Counted from the whole stretch's first letter, positions 25,424 to 37,556 are shown. The stretch is 54,091 bases of DNA, filler included, from Sphacelaria rigidula (GCA_964200075.2; 5 parts of 5 records of this genome joined end to end with filler, not necessarily neighbours in it); one strand, 5' to 3'. Numbers and translations: made by a program. Notes: generated by a model not told the origin, from the letters alone.

Positions 25424-25569
25424 TCCAGCTGTTGAGATATACTGTATTACTCGGCGGTATACATTTCCACTGGCAGAGCTATATTGTATAGCTCAGCGGT
25501 ATCATTTTCCACCGGCTGAATTACATGGTATAACCCAGCGGTGCCTTTTTCAATTGGATGAGTCATATC
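25424..25569. repeat. Degenerate 42-bp tandem repeat (~3.5 units) abutting the LTR
   Basis: Units begin CCAGCTGTTGAG, CCACTGGCAGAG, CCACCGGCTGAA, CAATTGGATGAG; the three complete units contain GTAT...GCGGT...TTT. Confidence 0.7.
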
Positions 25570-25837
25570 TGTGACGCCAGCCAGAAGAAGAACTGTTGGA
25601 TCACTGCTGTTGAGGGGCTCCCCAGTCTCACTGGCCTCAGTTTCAGTTGTTAGCCTTTACAACACTTCATTATATCCGGAGTGCCCTTGTAGGCACAGCC
25701 TCCTAGACCCACAGGGTATCATCCCCGTGTCCCCGATCATTACCCAGAATTCCTCCTGAATCCTCCAGAATCTCCCGCCCCCGGCCATCATCCAGATCAT
25801 CACTACCAACTCAACGTAATGGCGTAATTTCGTCACA
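25570..25837 (-). mobile_element. 3' LTR of the Ty3/Gypsy element (268 bp)
   Basis: Inverted ends TGTGACG...CGTCACA; preceded on minus by a short purine run (GGGGA) ~70 bp after the pol stop. Confidence 0.7.
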
Positions 25838-26944
25838 ACATCCCCAAAGCGCGTTGGACGAAAATCGATCAACAAGCTTGACACATAGAAAACGCCAAAA
25901 TGATGAGCAAGTCACGACTAAATATCAAACTCACGCGTCATGCGAGAAGCAATGGCACGAGTCACGCACAATTTACGCAACTCCTTCGTGAGAATATCCG
26001 GAGCGCCGTCAAAAATATCCTTCGAAAGCTCCCACGTACGCTCCTCAACTTCGGAACCAACCCAGTCGACCAACACGATCAACGAACGATCATCTACTGC
26101 TGCCACTCGGACAATACCAGCCATCTGAAATCGCCCCAGATTGAAAACATGTTGAAACACATCCTTAACGTCAGCCGTATCAATAAGCTACGAGTCTGCA
26201 TAATACCGCAAACGAGGTACATGGGCGGTCTGGCCCGGACGACGCACGTGTGCATACAAGACAGTGTCGCCTACCTCAAAATTCGGCAATTCCAGCCCCG
26301 ACGAGGACCTCTCACGTGTACGCGCACGTTTAGCGGCAACACGCTCCTGCACTTGAACGTGGGAACGTTCTTGCAAGTCCAAGACTCCTTGCAATGCACG
26401 CTTAATTTGACCATCATCCAAGACATCACAATTCCATTCCCCCACCGACGAAGACGCCAACACCGAGAACGACGTCCGAGGAGCATGACCAAACATCACG
26501 TACTACTGCGTACTATCGTAACGACGACGATACGCTGTATTGAGCCCCCATTGCACCGCAGGCAACACGTCCACCCACTTGGAAACCGCTCACGCTACTC
26601 GAGAAGAGTAGGGCGAAGAGCACCAACTACTTCCTTGACCATGCGTTCGCACGTGCCGTTAGACCGCGGAGAATACGCCACCGCAACTGGTGATTAACGT
26701 GCGAAGCCTCTTGCAATCGGGCCAAGATCGCACTCTTGAAATGCGTGGCGGTATCACTCACCCACACACGCGGCACCCCCTAAGCTTTGCACCAATTCAG
26801 TAAAGACGCAGCAGGCGATTCAGCAGTACACACTGCTACTGGTTCCAGAGACAAAGTCACCAAAATCATCCATGATCACCAACATGTATCGAAACCTAGC
26901 ATCCTCCGGCAAACGTTGGGAAGCTAGCGGGCCACTCTCGCCGA

Positions 26945-27198
26945 GAGCAATGCTACGGTAGGGGTGCACTTTATTCGCGAAATTTTGTCTGGTTCAGGGG
27001 CTCCCAACGATTCTAGACGCACAAGATTATGGGTCAGGGCATCCCCGTTTGCAGATTCATTCGGGATATCCCCAGGATATTGGAATAGTAATCCTGGCTT
27101 AGTCTCGCATATCATCAGTCGTGTTTTGGATGAGATTATTGGCTCCTAACAGTTTTAACCTCGGGAAATATTTGTGTACCCCTACCGTAGCATTACTC
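26945..27198. mobile_element. Sola-like MITE (GAG...CTC, 4-bp TSD) inserted in the Gypsy integrase
   Basis: TIRs GAGCAATGCTACGGTAGGGGTGCAC / GTGTACCCCTACCGTAGCATTACTC; TSD CCGA/CCCA; removal restores integrase FLYMGESGPLA. Confidence 0.85.
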
Positions 27199-28358
27199 CC
27201 CATGTACAAGAAGTCAAAGTGAACGACTTCATTCGGCATGATCCCATGGACCGTTTCGCCGAGCGGACGGGGAACAACATCGCTCGCCCTCGAGTCAGCA
27301 CAGTGAAGACACCGGCGGACAAATTCGCGCACATGAGTTTCCATCCCCTGCCGAACATAAAACTCTTGTGTAAGCGCACGAGCGTCGAAGCCACACCACG
27401 ATACCCAGTGTCGCGCATGTGCGCGCAAATCATCAGACGTACCTGCAAATGCTTGTCAGAACTCGGAATTCACAAAACGTTTCGGCCACGCACACGCACA
27501 CGAAACAACAGACCTTCACTGTCCCAAGATAGCAGTACCAACGTCCGACTCGAAAGATTGCACATCCGCATCTTCGACCCCAAGTTATTTCCGTTGCGCT
27601 TGGCGGACAACAGATTTGGATGGCATCGAGTCATCAGGTTCACACGGACCATACACAGCCACAGCGCGTACAGGCGGAGCCGGAATATCCCCCCAACGCG
27701 AAAGCAAGTCACCCCACGCGTTACGGTCACTCGAAACATGGAAAATCGAGTACCGATACTGGCCAAGAACACATTTCCAACCCTCCAAACGTTGTACAAA
27801 CGCCTTCGACACAGACGTATCGCACGCTTTCGGGTTGAAAATATACACGATTTCGGAGATCCATGGAAATGTGCACGCCATCCCACAAAAGATGCTCCAA
27901 ACAGCGAAAAATGCTCACAATAGCAAAACCTTCCTTGTCAATTGAGGCCCAACGCAAGTGCGAATCCTTGAAACTAGCACTGACGAAAGCCAGCGATTCA
28001 TGCGTCATATCCTCGACCGGCAAGCGTCGCTGCATATCAACTTCTGACACCTGCGTGACAAAACGACCCCAGTGGCACTCAGATGCATCCGGAAACATCA
28101 ACACGTGACAATCAGGACGAGGATGGAACAGCGTCACGGCATGAGCCACCAGATCCTTCGCTGCCGCCCACGCCTGCAGCCTGCCCTCCGTCCACGATGC
28201 AGGTGGAATAGCGCGGTTTTTCGCCACACACTTCGTCCGCCTCGCAGCACCCGCCATGAGTTCTTCGAGGCAAAAACGCAAGGGAGCTACGATTCCTGCC
28301 ATACGCGGCAACGAGGTACGCAGCCAATTCTCGGCCTGGAGGAATTGCACGAGTTCTG

Positions 28359-28630
28359 TGCTCGTAAAAAACTCCACCACTGAGCCACTCGATCAGCGCT
28401 GACTGAGAGGCTCGGTGGGGGAGTTTTCTCTGACGGGCAAAAGAAGTGTAAGTTCAATTCTCGGCGCGATCACTTCTTATTTTTCATAGTCGAGGAAATA
28501 TCTTTCCCATAGTTGAGGAAAGATGTCAGAACGTTCACCCCCACCCTGAACACTTCGGCGGCGTTGGCGAGGGGAAACCCGGAGAAAGCACCGAGAGTAC
28601 GAACTCAAAAACACTTCTTTCTGGCGAACA
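28359..28630. mobile_element. 272-bp TG...CA element (solo LTR or TG/CA MITE) with 5-bp TSD, in the Gypsy RT/RNase H linker
   Basis: Exact TSD TTCTG (28354-28358 and 28631-28635); ends TGCTCG...CGAACA; removal restores pol RRPETAAELVQFLQA. Confidence 0.88.
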
Positions 28631-30412
28631 TTCTGCGGCCGTCTCCGGGCGCCGCATGTCAGACAAGCCTTGCAATCTGGCAGGATCATGAGATACGCGT
28701 CCGTGTGAGTAAACTGACCCACACCACACGAGTTCACAAGCGAACAATTTTCACTTGTGCACAGCCACAAACAAACAAACACTCTCTAAACGAGCCAAAA
28801 TAGCATCAAGCGCGTCTGAAAGTCCGTCTTCCGTGTCCGCGAAAAAATACATTCTCCACCTATATCTTGCATTCTAAGCCGACGAGAAGTTCTGTCATGA
28901 CGCTTTGGAAATACGCTGTGGCATTCAGCACGCCTTGCGGCACTCACTTCGGGGTAAACAAGCCAAACGGAGTCGTGCTTTTGAAAATTTCCTGCGCCTC
29001 CTCGGCCAACGGCATCTGCGAGTAACCTTGGAGGAGGCCCAACTTACCAAAACCGAGCACTCAACAGATCACGTATGTCCGAATCTTGGTTGGGCATCAC
29101 ACCCGGCGATAACTCAACCTGCTCATTCACAGCCTTGTAGTCGCTCACCAGGCGAAACGAGTCTTTCTTCGGAACCGCCGTAGCCGGACTGGACCACACC
29201 GCTTGCAAGTTCCGGAACACCAGCCCGAGCGCCAAGAGAGCCACTATGCACGACGCCAACCAACTCGACTTCGCCGGATCGTACCGCCACGGCTTCGCCT
29301 TCTCCGCGGACGCTCCAGGTTTTAGCTGAACACGTATGGGCTTCACGCGCGCGGGGGGATCACCCCGCAGCGCGCGACGAAACGCGTTGACGCGGCGATG
29401 CAAGATGCCGCATAGGCGCTCCGCTTTTGGGACGCTGAGGCCTTCCGCCACAGCATCCGTCACGCCCTTCTCCAGCACGACCTTCCAAGCGGACTCCTCT
29501 CCCGCCGGGTCCATGAACATCTCCGGGCCACGCTCCACCAAGCGTTTCACCGCCCCATTCCGCCTGCTCCTCAGTCACCTGCCCCCCAGCCTCCTGAAAA
29601 GCATCCACTGACAAGCTCACGCGACGACTGCCCAAAAAGGTGGGCGTCTCCACGCACGGACCAGGTGGACACATCCGCGTTTTCATGGAGTCCCACAACC
29701 GCGCATATGGGCCGACTCCAAAATCCTGAAGCGTCGGCAACCCTAGACGAATGGCGTCATCCGACCCCGGCATGATAGCAAACGAGATCGGAGGCAACGG
29801 CGCCGGCCCCCAGGCAGTTGTGAAAGCCAGCTGCAGCAGAACAGTACGCTCCGTGGCGTGAACATTCTGACCCGACGCGGTGACGGCCTGCCGCGCCCTA
29901 AGCGAAAACAGAATGCGCAGCGGTACACTCGGGAGAAGACGCTCCAACATCTCCACGATCTGCACCGGTAGACTCACATGACTCGTGAAGTGGGCGCCAG
30001 AATCCAACACAGCCCGAACCCCAATGGCTCCACGCTACCTTTGATTTGGAAGACACAGCTCCGCGGGTAACGTACTTGTCCGCAAACTCCACTAGCACTT
30101 CATCCGCCGACCAATACGCCGCTAATCCCACTTGACGCCACGACTGCGCAAGCTGCGCAGGCGAAGACACCCCGGCAGGTTCAAACGGCACCGCCGGCGG
30201 GTACGACCCCCAGCCAGCAGACCAACAATTTGGCGAAACTCCGACCAGCGCATCAGCAGGCGTCGTGCCTGGCGCTGCTGCCGGCGTCGCGACCGGCGTC
30301 ACCACCGGCGCCGGCGCAGTGTTCGACACTGTAGAAGTCGGTCCCACCCGCACCGCCCGTTGCGGAGCAGCGGCACCATCGGCGGCACTGGACTCAAAAT
30401 CAGACCCATGCT

Positions 30413-30463
30413 GACGCCGCCGCCGCCGCCGCCGCCGCTGCTGCTGCTGCTGCTGCTGCTGCT
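30413..30463. repeat. Compound (GCC)n(GCT)n microsatellite in gag (poly-Q/poly-R on minus)
   Basis: Direct reading. Confidence 0.9.
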
Positions 30464-31066
30464 GAGAACTCGATTGCGACCCTCCACCGCAGGAGGATTC
30501 GTCACCGCCACCACCCCGATCACCTCGTCCTTCGCCCTTGTGTTGACGGTGCTGATGGCACGCGGCATGAGACTGCCAAGACTCCCCACCGGAAGACGTG
30601 GGGCAATCGCGCGCGTAATGGCGGACCTGGCCACAGCGGTGGCCGGTGACGGTCGCGGCGCGGCCAGTCGATTTCGAGCCGTGGTGGCGCAAAGATTTCG
30701 GCGTGGAGGTGGACGACAGGCCAAACACCTCTATATTTTGCCACTCCTTGGCCTCAGCTACGACGGTGGTGACCGTTGTCGCGTGTCATTTTCCAACGAG
30801 TCGAGCGTAGCTCTGGCTCCCTACACCCACCCCCTTCGTATAACATTCACCGCCCAAGCACGCACTATCCCTCTGCGGAGTCTATTCTTCATCATTCGGT
30901 GAGTGAGTTTTGGACAAATGAAGGTTGCTGACAGAGACGAACATTGAACAGCGACGTTGTAGTCTCACCCTGCTGGTTGATGGTACCCTCTAGTGATGTC
31001 CATATGTTTTTCATTGTATTATCGCGTTTCGTGACTTTTTGAATCTGGGTCTATTTTGTTTTTCAT

Positions 31067-31177
31067 GGGTTTTTGCTAGCCTTTGACGACGGAAGGCGTC
31101 CGCATCATATGCCCAGTACGAATGTACCGCGCAGACATCGGAACGGTTTGTAACGTGAAGACGACAACGACAACGAC
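31067..31177 (+). mobile_element. Retroposon family B copy
   Basis: Matches 9584-9697; (ACG/ACA)n tail. Confidence 0.75.
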
Positions 31178-31606
31178 CCCCCGTCTCTTTTTACCGCAGG
31201 TGGAGCAAGCGCGAGATGTAATGGATCCCACACGGGGAAGGCACGTCCTCAGCAATCGCGTGCGCGGACCGCTTGTGGGCATCATGCACTCGACAGGTAT
31301 GAGGCACCCCTACAGCGACCAGTGTTGTGTCCTATCGATAGCCAGTTTTGTCAAGATCGAAGCCCAGATCTGCGCACAGGTGAAAAGTGCGGCGGTTCTG
31401 GACGTGGCTGCTAGTCCAAAATGTCTGTCTGAATTCTGAACCGATTTGGACAAGGTCACGCACGGCGTGCTCAGCTGATGAGCAATTAATGGAGCAGTGT
31501 GTTTTGGTTTGAGAGGCTGATGCAATCCTCAGGTTCACGTTTGATTGTGTTGACTTGTCTGTCGAAACTGGCGGGGGTCAGCAGGGACGGATTTTTACGC
31601 GCAGAT

Positions 31607-31675
31607 CTTTGTAGGGATGCGAGGTCAGTGGTCTTATGACTATGGCATGCATGACCACGAGTACACCCCCCCCAC
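31607..31675 (+). repeat. Dispersed ~65-bp repeat ending in a C-rich tail
   Basis: CTTTGTAGGGATGCGAGGTCA.T.GTCT.AT.ACTA.GGCATGCATGA.CA.GAGTACACCCC also occurs at ~48256-48335. Confidence 0.7.
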
Positions 31676-31969
31676 CTCCGGCGGTCGTAGGAATTGTTTT
31701 TTCCACAGTGAGAAACACTCAATATACAGCCATTCTAGGGCGACTTGGGTGAAGTAGCGCCCATGACCGTTGGCCCTATCTGCCACCACAACACTGGACG
31801 CAACCGGCGGCGCAGATAGATGCGCCAAGCTCGATTGAGGAAGCATTGCAGATCATTGCGGTATTCGTCTGGTCTTGTTCTTGTCGTGCAATTGTGATGT
31901 GCAATGTAGTCCCAAATTCGTGTACTCGAAATCGAGGTGACCATTTTTTGGTGCAGAAAGTACGCCATC

Positions 31970-32330
31970 ACAGATTTGTAAGACGGTTCTGCACACAAAC
32001 GGTCATTTTTTGCATGAGTGTCGTACTGCGTTCTCGTGCATGAAGCCGAAGAGCAGGCAGGCGGTAAACAATCAATCCTTCGAGTACAGTGTCGTACCTT
32101 GATACCCTGGGGTAACACAGTGTAGGACACTCACATCGGTACAGTACTGCAGGTTTTGTGGAACGGTTCTGTACACAGACGGTCATTTTTTGCAAGAGTG
32201 TCGTACTGCGTCCTCGTGCATGAAGCCGAAGAGCAGGCAGGCGGTAAACAATCAAACAATCCTTCGAGTGCAGTGTCGTACCTTGGTACCCTAGGGTAAT
32301 ACAGTGTGGAACACTTACATCAGTACAGTA
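31970..32330. repeat. Tandem duplication, ~180-bp period
   Basis: ACGGTTCTG.ACACA.ACGGTCATTTTTTGCA.GAGTGTCGTACTGCG...GAAGCCGAAGAGCAGGCAGGCGGTAAACAATCAA occurs twice. Confidence 0.93.
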
Positions 32331-32415
32331 CATGATGATGCCTTGTGGTAGTACATGATGGTACAGTCGGTATTGCGAGAACATGGAACAAACAGTGCGC
32401 GAGCAGAGTTCGAAA

Positions 32416-32515
32416 NNNNNNNNNNNNNNNNNNNNNNNNNNNNNNNNNNNNNNNNNNNNTTAATTAATTAANNNNNNNNNNNNNNNNNNNNNNNNNNNNN
32501 NNNNNNNNNNNNNNN
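32416..32515. other. Artificial contig linker
   Basis: Same 100-bp N/TTAATTAATTAA spacer. Confidence 0.98.
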
Positions 32516-32675
32516 TTTGGTATTTTGTTTGATGGGACCTTGTCAGATCGCAGTGCTACGTGAAGTGAAAGATGCGCGTTGATTTGCAGATTACCACGAT
32601 GTGTCATAGTAGGCACAACTCGCGATAGATCATCAGTTAGAACCGGCTGAAGGAAAGTCTGCTTCTTAGGCGGCC

Positions 32676-33115
32676 CAGCCTTACTGTATTTTCAGTACAA
32701 AACAAGGGTTATTTTGCTTGTGGATTTCTTCGCCATGTCTGTTCTATCGAGGCTGAAACTTGGCACAGAGGTAGACCACAACACAGACAGCATAGTCCCG
32801 ATGCGGCGGCACGTTTCACGTGGTGCGCTAGACGCACGAAGCAAAATATGGATTTTGGGCAATGCCATCGATAGGCCCTCAAAATGCAGTCCCCCGGGCC
32901 CAGACTGCGTGAGACGTCAGTGAATACATATGTTGACACGCAGATACGCTCACTTCCTGCTGGGTGGCTCCTGCCCCGGCAAACGAACACATTGATCCGT
33001 ATCGCGCACACTCTGGATGATGTCATTTCACGCGGTACTCACCTTGGTATCGCCTGTAGAGGTGCTCATTTCAGGAGACACGGCCGTGCAAGCGCTGTTA
33101 ATACTTTTACGTGCT
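32676..33115 (+). repeat. Dispersed ~430-bp repeat (probable non-autonomous transposon)
   Basis: Colinear with 42578-43012 (TTGGCACAGAGGTAGACCACAACACAGACAGCATA...ACTCTGGATGATGTCATTT...CCTTGGTATCGCCTGTAGAGG). Confidence 0.85.
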
Positions 33116-34771
33116 GAAACTTCGACCACATGTCATGTAGACTACAGACAACAACCCCATCTTGCTGAACCTGGGGTTGCGCAGTGTGTGCGTGCGTATT
33201 GGGGCGAAAAGATGTCGGATTCTGTTCCGATTTTTTATTTTCTTTTGGCGTAAGACTGTAACAAGCTCGTTCGTGCAACCGTTGCTCCTTTCAACGACGG
33301 TTTGACTTGGAATTTCGACGCGAAAAGGGCGCATGAATCGGCGCATAGCGTTCACTTTGACATATTGGGGAAAAAAATGAAAAACACGCATAAATATATC
33401 TCTCTATAGATATGCATATAAAAAGCAAAAGCCTATCGACACCAGGCAACAAAAAAACATGCTGCGGGAAGTACGAAGAGGAACTTCACCATTTTATTGT
33501 TGACATTCCAGATTCGACCGCGCACGATTCATCCTCATCTATCACTGCAATTCATTCTCAGCTACCACTGCAATCCTGCAGCATCGAACAGGAGGTGAGC
33601 ACAGGAATAAAAGCACCGCTGCAGAATAATCATTGGGGATTACCACTATCATCCTTGCTCTTCGGATGATGTCGTTTATTTGTTGTTGGGCGAAAACTTG
33701 GCCATCCTCTCTTATGGTGAAGGTTCGCGACGAAATTACACGGTAGGGTGTATTTTGTGTTACCATGTCATCCACTATAGACTCCGGCCTACACCCGTCG
33801 GTAGCGTTAGCGCATCAGCCGGAGTCACACGGGGGAAAAGTAAGCACATGAGTTTGTTTTGTTCTGGAACTTCACCCTCCTCCTAAGATGCGTGCACAAA
33901 ATTTCTATCGGGGGAGGGGTTCAGCGGTCCTCTTCTTTTGTAGACTGTGGAGTCGAACGTTGTATTACCGTGATGAACAGGTGAAAACACAGGAAAGAAG
34001 TATTGTTCATTCGTTCATAAGAACAATAAAGTCGGTTCGATCAAGCGACACTTTCACCAAAGCGTCCAAGTCTGATTGTGTGTGGTCCCAGGACCCTCGA
34101 AAAACGGTCATGCCGTACGTCGCTCCATATCGATCGCAGAACCGGTTTCCTATTCAAAATGCGGGGTGGATATGATATAATTTCCTGATCCCCAATTTTC
34201 TGCGAGTGTTCGTTCACTGTGATGAGCGGTGTCGAGCAGAAACACTCTGCGAAATCTCCGACTGCAAAAATATTGCACATACCGCACAACACAGATTCCC
34301 ACTCCACATCATACCGACTAGATGAAGCAGCGTGTCCTGAACTGGATTGCAGCGTGCCGAAGATTTGCTTCAGTCGAACACGTGCCGCTGGTGTGAGCGA
34401 ACGCGAAGCGAAGACATAGCTATAACGGGTGTTTTATGATGTCATTTCTGGTGTTTATGATGCCATCGGGCCGTAAGGTCTGTTTGCACGATGGAGTTTA
34501 CGACGGAACTGCTACTTTTCGGAACCTTCTGGAACACAGAACGCTGCCCGGTTTATCCATACTTTGTTTTGTGAGAAACGCGCCTCTACGCTCGATAAAA
34601 AAGAAAATAAACCCAGGAACACCCCTACTGTTGAAGGAGAAAAATGGTTCGGGAACGGCACGGCATGGTTCACGGCTCCTTGTGTTGCCTGCGCCAACCC
34701 CCGCTGGAGATTATCATAATATGCTAATGTTTGAGTTGCGTAAACGCTGAGAGATACGCTCTCGTCATGGG

Positions 34772-34976
34772 TGTAATGCGTGAGAGGACCGCGGGCTTAG
34801 ACGACCGCATCTGAATTTGAACATCGCTAGGGTTAGGGTTAGGGTTAATGTTGGGCTTGGGGTCAGGGGCGTGGTCCCTGCAGGGACTGGCCCGACTGCT
34901 TTTGAAAAACGTCGATCCTGAGGTGTTTCGAACTATGACACGGTCCTCTAAGCACGCGGTCCTCTCACGCATCACA
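34772..34976. mobile_element. TGT...ACA MITE with 36-bp TIRs, 5-bp TSD and internal (TTAGGG)n
   Basis: TIRs 33/36 identical (TGTAATGCGTGAGAGGACCGCGGGCTTAGACGACCG); exact TSD ATGGG (34767-34771 and 34977-34981); TAGGGTTAGGGTTAGGGTTA at 34828-34847. Confidence 0.88.
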
Positions 34977-37478
34977 ATGGGATTCAATTAAAACAAAGCA
35001 TATATATTTTCAACATCTTCATGGCTTGCGCCATCACAACGAAGTGGATGGTTCGTTCACCGTCTGAAGACCTCCATCACACCTCTGGTCACGTGCCTGT
35101 ACCTTTTCCACATATGGCTTGTTCTTCCAGGGCAATAATGTTTGGTTTCAATATGAGTACCAGGGTAGACCACAAATCTTACACGTGTCCACAACCTCCA
35201 CGAGACCATATCTCCCTCGGGATAGTTCCCGAGAATATCTTTTGGATCCCTCTGCTCCGTTCCATGAATGTTCGTGTCTCCGGCATAGTTCCGGGAACGT
35301 TTTTTTTGCAACACTAGTTTGTGCTCTTGGGTAATTCTATCTCGTCCCTGTAGTAATAGTCATATTCCAACTCGAGGTGGTACCTGTCCCGATGCCCTCT
35401 CGAGGCACTTCTCCTGTCGACCCTGCACTCTCCCTCCACACAAGAACGAACTGTCTAGGCACGTCCCACTACCAAGTCCGTGGCTTCCGAGACTACCCCT
35501 CCCACTCCTAGGGGTTGTAGCCTCATCAAATTATACCATGAATTCTCACACTAGCAAGTTGATAGTACTCTTGAGTCATATCTATGTTGAGGGTTAACCG
35601 GGTACAGCATATCAAGTAGAACCGTAATGGATGTGACACAGCACTTCGGGACATATGATACAATATATTGAGGTATGATGGTTACAGGACAGGAAACGGG
35701 GGATGTATGACGCGAATAAGAGAACGCAAAGCATTGAGATCGGACGCAAATATATCAGTAGCGATAACTAACCAAATTTCTTCAAATCATGAGAAATGCA
35801 GAATAATTCGCCACTTTCGTGAGAATGTCGAGCATGTGGACTGTTCGATTCTTGACCCTCTGGCAACCGCAGCGTGTCAGCGCCGCATTCAGCTTGTTCG
35901 AGGGGGGTCCAATCAAGAAGACAATATTCCTTGCCACATGGTTGCTTTTTGCACCGAACCAAACAACTCTGAACAGTTGAACCGGCAGCTCGAGGATTGT
36001 GTCTGAAACGCGTCACGGCGATTCAAGAGAGCCCAGTCAGGCACAGACATTCGTCATCCAGGCGCGTTGCTGTATCTAGCGCGAACACCTGTTCATGTAC
36101 ACACAGCGGTGTTTGTTTCACGGCCGTTCGTTCAGCGGTGGAGGAGGGGTGGCCTCGCCCATGCTCCAGATCAAAACACGGTCAGCAACAGCACGTATAT
36201 TTCGTTGGGCGCTAGGTTGCCATGAATCAGCCATGTCGGTATTTCTATATTTATGCTGGTACCTTATTCCACTGTGTAGGCTGCGACACCACCATCATTC
36301 CAGTTGTGCTAACCCGGCCTCGACGACCTACCCCGTTGGCCATCTGCTGCACTCATCAGGTGCAAACGGGGAAGGCATCATACAAGAGATTGCATCTACG
36401 AGGAGGGTACCAGGTTCTTCGCATCACACTCCTCAAAAGTTCAACACCGAGAGCTGTACTTCCTTGCGTCATCATGGACGGTGCTAGCGGATCTAAACGG
36501 GCAGCCGGTGACGAGCATAAGGGCAGACTTGACACGGAAGTAGGTGAGAGGGCCTCCGTGTAACCGTGCCAACGAGATTTATCTCGCCGTCAACGGCAAT
36601 CGTTGACGAAGAGTGTTTCGATTTCTCGACTCATATGCTCACACGGAATCCACTGTATAGTACTCTTATCAACAGGGTACAGCACGTGCGTAACTAGTTC
36701 CATGCAGGCAAGAACTGAGTAAAAGTGTCACGTAAAATGGTTGCATGTAAGGGTGGTGCTATCCACACTGATCATTCCAACAATGTCATTTCGAGTTGGC
36801 GCTGTACAGTCATAACAACGGAGCACCTGACCGTATCCGATCACACCCTTTACCTTCCCGTGGTAAACCTCCACACGTTATTGGCTTAATATCCCAGAAT
36901 ATACGTCTCATCTACGTAAATCACTACCGTTATTCCTCACTATTATTGTACTGATTTCGCTACCGGAGGAATAAGTCCCACGGGAATACTCTTACATTTT
37001 ACCAATCGTTGTTGCTGTACGGATATTTGTACCTTTATAAAGCCGCTAGGGGATGAACTTCATGTTCCATGCGCCCGGGTTGTTACAGCCAACTTACGGT
37101 ATTGTTAGCGTGCACCATGTACCAGCGTCATACAGGTTGCAGGTGAAGAAAACTGGAAACTTTTTCTTGTTTACTGGATTCGGATCTTGCGAGTGCGGGA
37201 AACTGAATATTGTATACTGAATTTGCATTCCATAGGTGAGGAGTAGCGTTTGGTATCCAAGAGATTCAAATCACACGGGTTGACTAGAAGCTGCTTCGTT
37301 TAGATAAGCCAGGTGTTACATATGACTATGTGATGTTGTACAGATGACACAGTTTTGCAGATCAGTTCAATATTCAAGTGTGTGGGAGGCGAGTCATACC
37401 ACTCGTTACTCGGCAAGATTTCAACGGGTCAAACGGGTGCTGCAGACCTCCATTGCAATTAACGTGCACAGGTGACAG

Positions 37479-37556
37479 CACACTTCGGACAGATCACGAT
37501 CTATGCGCCAAATACGCCGACCTGGATCTGTCACGATCTTATCTGTCCGACGTGTA
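37479..37556. mobile_element. Terminus of the CACACGTCGGACAGATCA-type element
   Basis: Homologous, inverted, to 53732-53810; ends ATCTGTCCGACGTGT like the 14609-14970 TIR. Confidence 0.6.

Larger units (their letters stand above)
25918..30728 (-). pseudogene. gag-pol pseudogene
   Basis: Knuckle GHRCGQVRHYARDC (~30603-30644); protease LDSGA (~30007); RT SSPATAVPKKDSFRLVSDYKAVN and VPQGVLNATAYFQ, with the catalytic motif decayed to '*VEN'; RNase H FPDASECHWG and SIDKEGFAIV; integrase RRCLHC, VHFDFL, VSDTATHF, SPRSNGTCERM; chromodomain VLVDWVGSEVEERTWE. Multiple frameshifts and stops. Confidence 0.93.
25570..30810 (-). mobile_element. Decayed chromodomain-bearing Ty3/Gypsy LTR retrotransposon, 5'-truncated
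   Basis: Domain order: gag knuckle, protease, RT, RNase H, integrase, chromodomain, LTR. No 5' LTR in the contig. Confidence 0.93.

Noticed and set aside
25424-25569. CRISPR-like array (also 38112-38250)
   Set aside because: Degenerate head-to-tail tandem units with no unique spacers, no cas genes, and a eukaryotic context.
25900-30902. Long plus-strand ORFs (265, 249 and 256 aa)
   Set aside because: Antisense shadows of the GC-rich Gypsy gag-pol.
33512-33980. Two small plus-strand exon candidates (33512-33594 and 33944-33980)
   Set aside because: Splice signals are plausible and phase-compatible, but there is no codon bias or recognisable peptide; unsupported without RNA data.
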